A DNA stretch of 35,305 nt, from positions 1 through 35,305 of IMG/VR virus record IMGVR_UViG_3300012952_000054; one strand, 5' to 3'. This document shows, one piece after another, positions 1-8,100 of this stretch; position 1 is the stretch's first letter; every line of letters begins with the position of its first letter. Source of the stretch: a virus (taxonomy: Duplodnaviria; Caudoviricetes). The notes beneath the pieces are model-generated. The model was not told the DNA's origin and made no database searches. It saw only the letters and a program-made list of their open reading frames with translations. Both the position numbers and the translations under genes were made by a program.

Positions 1-234
1 GGCAGTTCAAATTTGATTGAGTTATGGAAGGTCGTTGAGGATATAAAGTTGAAAGCGTTGGATCTATGCGAAGACAATGCAGAGTTTGAAACCTGCGTAA
101 TGGGTGACCCCGAACCAATCAAAGGCGAAGGGTACGTTATGATCACTCGCTTTGGTTATTTTAAATTGGTTGACCGTAGGGAATTCTCATATAACAATTT
201 TACTAACCGTAATCGGAGGTTCGCCACGGCGTAA
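1..234 (+). CDS. C-terminal part of a conserved phage protein (DUF6267-like C-terminus, tentative); truncated at the left edge
   Basis: Frame 1 is open from base 1 (GSSNLIELW...), so the TTG at 13 is probably not the true start. It ends in EGYVM...FKLVDRREFSYNNF, resembling the EGYV..KLVDR.EFS..NF terminus I recall from a cyanophage family. Confidence 0.6.
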   Translation, partial: GSSNLIELWKVVEDIKLKALDLCEDNAEFETCVMGDPEPIKGEGYVMITRFGYFKLVDRREFSYNNFTNRNRRFATA

Positions 235-247
235 CAGATTACAACAA

Positions 248-280
248 ACGGGGTGATTCGTTCACCCCGTCCTCTATAAT
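248..280 (+). promoter_or_regulatory. Early-type promoter with a perfect inverted repeat over the -35 region and TATAAT -10
   Basis: ACGGGGTGA-ttcgt-TCACCCCGT (248-270), then TATAAT at 275-280, 30 nt before the ATG at 311. Confidence 0.65.
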
Positions 281-310
281 AACAAAGTAATCAACCAACC
301 TTCCCACATC

Positions 311-733
311 ATGACAACATTAACTGCTGACCAACTCTTTGCTATTGAAACTTACGAAGAGATGGCACCCAAAGTTAAAGCATTTGGTCTATTCAACTTT
401 GACAGAGATGACCGTATTCTCTTTAAGAAGGGGCGTAAGTTAAAGGAGGCAACCCTCAAGGTGACCCGTGTTTCCAACCGCACCGAATATACTGACTCTG
501 AGGTTGCGTATTTGTTGACCACATATGTGGCATCGGGTGCTGATATGGAAGCAACCCGTGATGCATACTTCACACAGTTTCCCAACTCAAAGCACACACC
601 CTCAAGCGTTTGGATGAAAATCTCACGCATCCGCACCCTTGATAATCAGTTTCAAGATGACACGCAGTGGGAGGTTGATCAACAGATTAGATCCTTATGT
701 GCGGCATTCGACTCTGACCGCTTTGCAGCATAA
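311..733 (+). CDS. Hypothetical early protein with a possible Myb/SANT-like helix-turn-helix C-terminal domain
   Basis: 140-aa ORF with its own promoter and a downstream hairpin; motif YTDSEVAYLL...FPNSKHTPSSVWMKISRIRTLD. Confidence 0.75.
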   Translation: MTTLTADQLFAIETYEEMAPKVKAFGLFNFDRDDRILFKKGRKLKEATLKVTRVSNRTEYTDSEVAYLLTTYVASGADMEATRDAYFTQFPNSKHTPSSVWMKISRIRTLDNQFQDDTQWEVDQQIRSLCAAFDSDRFAA

Positions 734-750
734 GCATTCGTTCGTTATCA

Positions 751-783
751 GACAGTCCCCCCCGTTGATCGGGGGGTTGTTTA
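751..783 (+). terminator. GC-rich hairpin, probable intrinsic terminator of the early transcript
   Basis: CCCCCCG-ttgat-CGGGGGG (758-776), extendable with G-U pairs, followed by TTGTTT, about 25 nt after the stop at 733. Confidence 0.55.
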
Positions 784-891
784 AAATTCCGATGGATCCC
801 CTAAGCTATAAACGACCCAGATCGACCTTTAAATATAAGGAAAATCAAATTTTTTTTTCTCATATATAATTTCGACACAGGGTTTGATTAT

Positions 892-1068
892 ATGAAAAAA
901 AATTCTGGAAAAATTTTTGAGACTATACAGGTTGATTCTGTAACAAATCATTATTATGTTGAGTTACCTGAATGGGTCGTTAATGACTTTGGATGGTATG
1001 AAGGATCCGAAATAGAACTTACCTTAGATGGTGCTGAAATTGTTATTACTGAAAGAGAAGATGACTAG
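892..1068 (+). CDS. AbrB/MazE/SpoVT-like swapped-hairpin DNA-binding protein, 58 aa (not in ORF track)
   Basis: Manual translation MKKNSGKIFETIQVDSVTNHYYVELPEWVVNDFGWYEGSEIELTLDGAEIVITEREDD*. LP-x6-GW-x-EG-x-EIELTLDG-x-EIVI fits the AbrB/MazE pattern. Confidence 0.75.
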   Translation: MKKNSGKIFETIQVDSVTNHYYVELPEWVVNDFGWYEGSEIELTLDGAEIVITEREDD

Positions 1069-1228
1069 TCCAACTTATCACATATACCTACAAAGTAATT
1101 GTTTATTTAAAGATTTAACTGAGTGGGAGTTTAATATAATTTGGAGAAGAATATATAAGTCTTATTTTACAGAGGATCTAACATATGAGAAGGTTATTGA
1201 GTCTGATATGGTAGATGCTTCATATTAA
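1061..1228 (+). CDS. Small hypothetical protein, 55 aa (start revised from 1028 to ATG 1061)
   Basis: MTSPTYHIYLQSNCLFKDLTEWEF...DASY. ATG 1061 overlaps the end of the AbrB-like ORF by 8 nt; the track's 11-aa N-terminal extension lies inside that ORF. Confidence 0.7.
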   Translation: MTSPTYHIYLQSNCLFKDLTEWEFNIIWRRIYKSYFTEDLTYEKVIESDMVDASY

Positions 1229-1230
1229 TA

Positions 1231-1259
1231 TTGACATTTGCTATATAACTTGATATAAT
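1231..1259 (+). promoter_or_regulatory. Consensus sigma70-type promoter with extended -10
   Basis: TTGACA (1231-1236), 17-nt spacer, TATAAT (1254-1259) preceded by TG at 1251-1252; 22 nt upstream of ATG 1282. Confidence 0.9.
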
Positions 1260-1281
1260 TGAAGTGTAATTACAACACGTT

Positions 1282-2037
1282 ATGGCTAAAGGATTTACAG
1301 TAAAAGCAAAATCCCCTACAGTTAAAAAAGAACCTGAATGGGATTATGATAAAGCAAAAGAATTAGTTAAAGGAAAATCTGTAGTATTTTGCTTACCTGG
1401 TAGAGGAGTTTCATATACTTACTTAAAGGCATTTGTTCAGCTATGTTTTGATCTAGTACAAGCAGGTGCAAGTATTCAGATTTCGCAAGATTATTCATCT
1501 ATGGTAAACTTTGCCAGATGTAAGTGTCTTGGTGCTAATGTTCTCAGAGGACCTGATCAAGTACCTTGGGACGGCAAATTAAATTATGATTGGCAATTAT
1601 GGATTGATTCAGATATTGTTTTTAATTCTGAGAAGTTCTGGCAATTAATATTAATGGAAAAGGATCTTGCAGGAGGATGGTATGCAACCGAAGATGGTAA
1701 GACTACCTCTGTAGCACATTGGTTAGAAGAGGATGATTTTCGTACCAACGGTGGAGTCATGAACCATGAGACTGTCGAAAGTATATCCAAGCGTAAAAAA
1801 CCATTTACAGTAGATTATACAGGTTTCGGATGGCTTTTAATTAAGAAAGGAGTCTTTGAGCATGATGAACTAAAGTATCCTTGGTTCGCACCGAAGATGC
1901 AAGTTTTTGAATCAGGAGAAGTGCAAGATATGTGCGGTGAGGACGTTTCTTTCTGTCTTGATGCAAAGGAAGCAGGTTTTGAAATCTGGTGCGACCCTCG
2001 AATTCGTGTAGGACATGAAAAAACCAGAGTCATATAG
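1282..2037 (+). CDS. GT-A fold (GT2-like) glycosyltransferase
   Basis: DxD motif WIDSDIVF, GFGWLLIKKGVFE, GEDVSFC and C-terminal DPRIRVGHEK, all typical of phage GT-A proteins. Confidence 0.8.
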   Translation: MAKGFTVKAKSPTVKKEPEWDYDKAKELVKGKSVVFCLPGRGVSYTYLKAFVQLCFDLVQAGASIQISQDYSSMVNFARCKCLGANVLRGPDQVPWDGKLNYDWQLWIDSDIVFNSEKFWQLILMEKDLAGGWYATEDGKTTSVAHWLEEDDFRTNGGVMNHETVESISKRKKPFTVDYTGFGWLLIKKGVFEHDELKYPWFAPKMQVFESGEVQDMCGEDVSFCLDAKEAGFEIWCDPRIRVGHEKTRVI

Positions 2038-2182
2038 TATTATAGTAAATAATAAGGTAGTATTTTCTAGTTTATCTCAAATGGAAATGTTTGAGAGACT
2101 AGAAGACCTATCGATAGAATTCTATCAGACAGGTACACCACACCCAAACGACATTAAAACGGAGATTATTACGGAGGATTAA
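2015..2182 (+). CDS. Small hypothetical protein, 55 aa (not in ORF track)
   Basis: Manual translation MKKPESYSIIVNNKVVFSSLSQMEMFERLEDLSIEFYQTGTPHPNDIKTEIITED*. It fills the gap and its stop abuts ATG 2183. The exact start is uncertain (23-nt overlap with the GT gene). Confidence 0.65.
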   Translation: MKKPESYSIIVNNKVVFSSLSQMEMFERLEDLSIEFYQTGTPHPNDIKTEIITED

Positions 2183-2525
2183 ATGTCATATACAACAACT
2201 TGGCACGTTTTAGATATGAAGAGAGAAACCTCGAATGGATATGTTTATGATGTATTGCTTCAATTAAAGGCAATAGATGATGTAGACTCATCAAAAATAT
2301 TTGCTGTGAATCACTCAGTGCATTTATCACGACCAGAAACACTCGGTATAGCATATTCTGATTTAACTGAAGCAACAGTCATTGAATGGTGTAAAAAACT
2401 TATGGAAGAAAGTCAAATAGAACCTGATCTATCCAGTTTACAATGGATAGAAAATAAGATTAAACAAGAAATGGAAGATGGTATTGGTCAAGGATTACCT
2501 TGGACTTAACTTAAAAGAGGATTAA
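2174..2525 (+). repeat. 9-bp direct repeat GAGGATTAA flanking the 108-aa gene
   Basis: Copies at 2174-2182 and 2517-2525, each an RBS just upstream of an ATG. Confidence 0.7.
2183..2509 (+). CDS. Hypothetical protein resembling small tail-fibre-associated phage proteins (TW...YxDLTE..V..W...GLPW)
   Basis: 108-aa ORF with GGAGG RBS at 2173-2177; motifs TTWHV, AYSDLTEATVIEW and terminal GLPW. Confidence 0.7.
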   Translation: MSYTTTWHVLDMKRETSNGYVYDVLLQLKAIDDVDSSKIFAVNHSVHLSRPETLGIAYSDLTEATVIEWCKKLMEESQIEPDLSSLQWIENKIKQEMEDGIGQGLPWT

Positions 2526-2527
2526 TT

Positions 2528-2674
2528 ATGGCAAAAGCAAAAACAGGACTAAATGGAACCATATTTGTAGAGGCAATTCCAAAAAAGTCTCGACAAGGGA
2601 ATGGAAAACATTCAAAATATTCGGCAACTTCCCGTAACTCGGCTCGTAAAAGGTACAGAGGACAAGGAAAATAG
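2528..2674 (+). CDS. Small highly basic protein, 48 aa, ending KRYRGQGK (not in ORF track)
   Basis: MAKAKTGLNGTIFVEAIPKKSRQGNGKHSKYSATSRNSARKRYRGQGK*; GAGG RBS upstream and a terminator directly downstream. Confidence 0.8.
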   Translation: MAKAKTGLNGTIFVEAIPKKSRQGNGKHSKYSATSRNSARKRYRGQGK

Positions 2675-2680
2675 CAATTT

Positions 2681-2704
2681 AGACCCCAAATGGGGTCTTT
2701 TTTT
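2681..2704 (+). terminator. Rho-independent terminator
   Basis: AGACCCC-aaat-GGGGTCT stem followed by a T run to 2704, 6 nt after the stop at 2674. Confidence 0.9.
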
Positions 2705-2744
2705 ATGCTAAATATTTCGATGTATTATTATTCCTAGAAATAGG

Positions 2745-2752
2745 TATAAATA
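2745..2752 (+). promoter_or_regulatory. T4-type late promoter (gp55 sigma) TATAAATA
   Basis: Exact TATAAATA in the intergenic gap, 34 nt upstream of gp25. Confidence 0.85.
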
Positions 2753-2786
2753 TATTAAGAAAACTGTTTATTTTTCTATATTTCAA

Positions 2787-3185
2787 ATGAATACAAGGAT
2801 ATCTAGATCATTTAAAGATATAAGTTTATCCTTTAATGCTCATCCAATTACAAAGGATCTTACAATACTTAAAAATGAGAACGCAATTAAGCGATCTGTA
2901 AGAAATTTAGTCCAAACCATCCCTAGAGAGAGGTATTTTAACCCTATTTTAGGGACTGATATCCTTAATACCTTATTTGATTTTGTTGATTTTGGTACTG
3001 CATCCAATATTCAACGCCAAATTGAGATTACACTCAATAATTTTGAACCAAGAGTTGAAAATTTAGATATAGAAGTGATTCCTAGACCCGATGATAACCA
3101 ATTTGAAGTAATTATTCATTATGATATCATTGGACAACAGTTTCCTGCCCAAGATTTTTCCTTTTTATTAGAAGCTACGAGATAA
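2787..3185 (+). CDS. gp25: Baseplate wedge subunit gp25
   Basis: FKDISLSF..HP, NENAIKRSVRNLV.T...ER.F.P..G, FEPRV; size and position before gp6. Confidence 0.92.
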   Translation: MNTRISRSFKDISLSFNAHPITKDLTILKNENAIKRSVRNLVQTIPRERYFNPILGTDILNTLFDFVDFGTASNIQRQIEITLNNFEPRVENLDIEVIPRPDDNQFEVIIHYDIIGQQFPAQDFSFLLEATR

Positions 3186-3186
3186 T

Positions 3187-5157
3187 ATGCCTATTACTAA
3201 ATTTACAAACCTAGATTTTGATCAAATTAAGACATCTATTAAGGATTATCTTCGTTCAAATACAAAATTTACCGATTTTGACTTTGAAGGATCTAATTTT
3301 TCAGTCTTAATTGATACTTTAGCATATAATACCTATATTACAGCATTCAATTCTAACATGGTTGTAAACGAATCCTTCTTGGATTCAGCAACTGTCAGAC
3401 ATAATGTAGTATCTTTGGCAAGAAACATTGGATATGTGCCACGCTCTAAGACAGCAGCAAAGGCATCTATTACATTTAACGTAGATTTAAACGTATTATC
3501 CACTGTAGATAGTTTAATATTAAAAGGAGGTCTAGTATGTACTGGAAATCAAGAAAATAGTTCATATATATTTTCTATTCCTGATGATATAGAAAGACCG
3601 ATTATAGAAGTTAAAGACGAAGCATCGAACGAAATAACAAGAAAATATGCTTCTTTTTCAGAAATTGATGTTTATCAAGGAAATTATATAACTAAGACAT
3701 TTGAAATTGATGGATCATTAGATCAGAAATTTTTATTAGATAATGCAAATATTGATACTTCTACATTAGTTGTATATGTTAATAATTATAATTTTACTAG
3801 TGAAAGTTACGACTTTAAGAGAGGAAGAGGTACTTTATATGAAAAAGTAGATAATATCTTAGATATTGATAAAAATTCTACAATTTATTTGATTCAAGAA
3901 GTACAAGATGAAAAATATGAACTTCTTTTTGGTGATGGTATTTTTGGTAAGAAATTAGAAAATAAATCTATCATTACAGTAAGTTATATTCTTACTGATG
4001 GTGCTGCTGGAAACGGTCCAGGAGGGTCTGCAGGAACACAAGGAGTATTTGTATTTAATGGTAGTCTAACAAGCACTACAGGGGCATTAGCTGTTCCTGT
4101 AACTACACCTACTATAACAACTGTAAATCGTGCAAGTAATGGTGGAGAGATAGAATCAATAGACTCTATCAAGTATTATGCTCCAAGACTTTATTCTTCT
4201 CAATATAGAGCAGTTACTGCACGGGATTATGAATCAATAATACAACAAATTTACCCAAATACAGAGAGTGTTTCTGTGGTTGGAGGAGAAGAAACAGATC
4301 CACCTCAATTTGGAACTGTTTTTATTACAATAAAACCAAAAAATGGAGAATTTGTGTCTGATTTTGATAAATCAAAGATACTTTCTGATTTAAAAAATTA
4401 TTCTTTAACTGGAATTAACCAAAAAATCGTAGATCTTAAAATATTATACATTGAAGTTGATAGTTCTGTCTATTATAACAGTTCTAAGGTTGAAGAAATC
4501 AATGATTTACGGACAAGAGTTGTAAATAGTCTATATACTTACTCAAAATCATTGGATCTTAATAAATTTGGTGGAAGATTTAAATATAGTAAGGTTTTAA
4601 GTGTAATCGACAATATTGATGATTCAATAACATCAAATATAACGAAAATTAGACTTAGAAGGAACTTAAATGCCCTTGTTAATCAATTTGCACAATATGA
4701 GTTATGTTTTGGTAACGAATTTAATGTTAAAAAAGAAGGTCTTAACATTAAAAGTACTGGATTTACTATATCTGGGTCATCAGATGTAGTTTATTTGACA
4801 GATATACCAAATGTAGATGAAAAAACTGGAATAATTTCAATTGTTAAAAAAGATATTATTGATTCTACAAAAACAATTATTGTTGAAGAAGCAGGAACTG
4901 TTGATTACATAAAAGGTGAAATTAATTTAACCACAATTAACATAACATCAACAGTAAAACCTAATAATATAATTGAGGTTCAGGCATTTCCAGAATCGAA
5001 TGATATTATTGGTCTTCAAGATTTATATCTCCAATTTAGCATTTCTGATAGTACAATAAATATGGTTAAGGACACTATTACTTCTGGAGAACAAATATCT
5101 GGAGTTGGGTTTAAAGTTACATCAAGTTATACAAACGGAGATTTAATAAGGGTATGA
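3187..5157 (+). CDS. gp6: Baseplate wedge subunit gp6
   Basis: LDFDQIK..IK.YL....FTDFDFEGS, NESFLDSA..R..VVSLA..IGY.P, FGDGIFGK, RAVTARDY; 656 aa. Confidence 0.95.
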   Translation: MPITKFTNLDFDQIKTSIKDYLRSNTKFTDFDFEGSNFSVLIDTLAYNTYITAFNSNMVVNESFLDSATVRHNVVSLARNIGYVPRSKTAAKASITFNVDLNVLSTVDSLILKGGLVCTGNQENSSYIFSIPDDIERPIIEVKDEASNEITRKYASFSEIDVYQGNYITKTFEIDGSLDQKFLLDNANIDTSTLVVYVNNYNFTSESYDFKRGRGTLYEKVDNILDIDKNSTIYLIQEVQDEKYELLFGDGIFGKKLENKSIITVSYILTDGAAGNGPGGSAGTQGVFVFNGSLTSTTGALAVPVTTPTITTVNRASNGGEIESIDSIKYYAPRLYSSQYRAVTARDYESIIQQIYPNTESVSVVGGEETDPPQFGTVFITIKPKNGEFVSDFDKSKILSDLKNYSLTGINQKIVDLKILYIEVDSSVYYNSSKVEEINDLRTRVVNSLYTYSKSLDLNKFGGRFKYSKVLSVIDNIDDSITSNITKIRLRRNLNALVNQFAQYELCFGNEFNVKKEGLNIKSTGFTISGSSDVVYLTDIPNVDEKTGIISIVKKDIIDSTKTIIVEEAGTVDYIKGEINLTTINITSTVKPNNIIEVQAFPESNDIIGLQDLYLQFSISDSTINMVKDTITSGEQISGVGFKVTSSYTNGDLIRV

Positions 5158-8100
5158 TATCTACTGGTATTGATAAAAGAGTTCAAATTCAGCAAATAGT
5201 TGATAATCAACTTCCTCAGTTTGTATTGTCGGAAAGTCCAAGAGCAGCTGAGTTTTTAAAACAATATTATATTTCTCAGGAATATAGTGGTGGTCCAACT
5301 GATATTACAGATAATCTTGATCAGTATTTAAAATTAGATAACTTAACACCTGAAGTAATTGTTGGAAAAACAACTCTAGAGGTTTCTGTAACTTCTGATG
5401 ATAAAATTATTGATGTTAATAGTACAAAGGGATTTCCTAATGAATATGGACTATTAAAAATTGATGATGAGATAATAACTTATACTGGAATTACAACTAA
5501 TAGTTTTACAGGATGTATTCGTGGATTTAGTGGAATAACAACATATCATGATGATGATAATCCAGGCGAATTAATTTTTTCAGATACTACTGCATCATCT
5601 CATGATGCTACTTCTGAAATTACTAATCTTAGTGTACTATTTTTAAAGGAATTTTCTAAGAAATTAAAATATAGTTTAACTCCTGGATTAGAAAATATTG
5701 ATTTTGTTAGTAATCTTAATGTTGGTAATTTTATAAAAGAAGCAAAATCATTTTATCAATCAAAAGGTACTGAAGAATCATTTAGAATATTATTTAATGT
5801 ATTATATGGATATGAACCTAAAATAATTGATCTTGAGCAGTATGTAGTTAAACCATCTTCTGCAAAGTATATTAGACGTGATAGAATTGTTGCTGAAAAA
5901 ATAAAAGGAAATCCTTTAAATTTAAAAGGACAGACAGTTACTAGATCTACAGATCCTACAACTACTGCATCTTTATCTGAAGTTCAACCAGTTTTAGGTA
6001 TTTCTGGAACAGGAATAAGTACATCAACTGATTATTATGTCTTAGATGCTTTTATAGGTTATAATGATGAAGAATTTATTACAGGTACATTTGATGTTAC
6101 TGGAAAAACAAAAGTTATAGGTGATGTACCGATAGACTCAAGTGTTATTACAGTAGATTCTACTATTGGTTTTGGTAATACTGGTACAATAATATCTGGT
6201 ATTAATACTACTATTACATATACTGATAAAACAGTTAATCAATTTTTAGGTGTAACTGGTGTTAATGCTCCAATTTCTTCTCAAGATTCTATAAGAGATG
6301 ATGATTATATTTTTGGATATGAAAATGGGGATCTATCAAAAAAAGTAGAATTACGAATTACTGGTATTTTATCTAAATTTGTTCCTGATTCTGATAATAG
6401 ATTATCTATAGAAAATGAATCTATTATTATTAAAAGTATTGGGGAGAAAATAGGAAGTTCTGAATTTACTTCAAATAAAAGTATATTTGCAAACTCTTGG
6501 CGTTATAATACATCTATAACTTATCAGGTAGAGGAATATTTTTGGAAAGATGTAACTCAACCTGATAGTGATATTAATCAAGATCAAAGTAATATTATCA
6601 TAGAATATGATCCAAATGGATCTATAATAGGAAGATTTTATCGAACATCAGAATTTAGAATGAGTGAAACTCTTTCTAAAAGCTTTGATTTACTTGGTCT
6701 CTCTAAAGGAGATTTTGTTGAAATTCTAGAAAGATCATCAAATCCATTTCAACCAAAAAAAGTTATTACTAGTAATGATGGAAATGTAGTTACTACTATT
6801 TCTGAAATAATAACTGGTAATGATATTGAAAGAAGTAAAATTCAAGTAACTGATGGACCATATGATCTTGATATTAGTAAAAAATATGATGTAAGAAAGG
6901 TATTAACTAAAGCATCTAGTACTGGAGTTTCTATTAAATATGGAAATAATAAATTAACATCAGATATACAAAATGTATATAATGATTCTGATGAAAACTT
7001 ATACGTAGCATCTAATTGTTTACCTCCATATGAAATTAAAAAAAATATAGCAACAGTTAGTATTCCTGCAACAAATACTGATACTTTACAAGGATATAAT
7101 CCTGTTACTGAAAAATATTCAGTAATATCATTTACTACTTCAGTACCATTTATTACTGGAGATGCTGTATATTATAACCCAGATAATACTGATAATCCAC
7201 TTGTAGGTTTAGGTGAGGGTATCTATTATGTAAAAAATATTCCAGATTTTAATAATAAAATTAATCTATATTTGTCTCCATCTTTTATAGCATCAGATGA
7301 GAATCTTTCAACTCCCAATAACTTTATAGAATTTGGTATGCCAACTGTATCTGAAGGGCATACGTTTACTTTATTAAAACATTTTAATAAGCAAGTTGAG
7401 TCTCAAAATTTATTAAAGAAATATCCAATAAATCCTTCATTAAAAACTGGAGAAAACGAAAAAACTATTCCTGGTTCTGTTGGAATGTTGATTGATGGTG
7501 TTGAAATTATTAATTATAAATCTGATGATAATATTTTTTATGGTCCATTAGATAAATTTTCTGTTTTAAGTCAAGGAACTGGATATGATGTAATAAATCC
7601 ACCTCAGATTAGTATTTCTTCAGGAATAGGATCAACAGCATTAGTTAAACCTGTTGTAACTGGAAAACTTGAAGAAATTTTAGTAGATCCTCAAGAATTT
7701 GATATTGAAAATGTACTTTCAGTTAAAATTACTGGAGGTAATAGTAAAAATATTTCCCTAGAACCTATACTCAAAAGGGTAAATAGAGAATTAAAATTTG
7801 ATGGTAGATTGAAAACTGCAAATGGTGGTGTTGATAATCAAGAAGAAACTATAGATTTTGGAAGAAAGCATAATCTAAAAAGTGGGCAAGTATTAATTTA
7901 TGATAGAAATAATAATGAACCGTTGGGTATTACAACTTGGGGTGGAAGTAATGCTGATGCATTTCAGTCTTTAACTCAGGGTGAATCATATTGGCCTGAA
8001 GTAGTTGGATTAACAACTATTAGACTTTTTAGTAATGAATCTGATTATAATAGTGGTATTAATACCATAGCATTTACTTCTATTAGAAAATCAGGAGTTC

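Noticed and set aside
639-869. 76-aa + strand ORF in the track
   Set aside because: It overlaps the 140-aa gene, starts at TTG, runs through the hairpin and T9 tract, and has no recognisable motif; likely spurious.
352-2375. Minus-strand ORFs 352-636, 1584-1790, 1815-2033 and 2169-2375
   Set aside because: They lie opposite well-supported + strand genes and show no independent signals.
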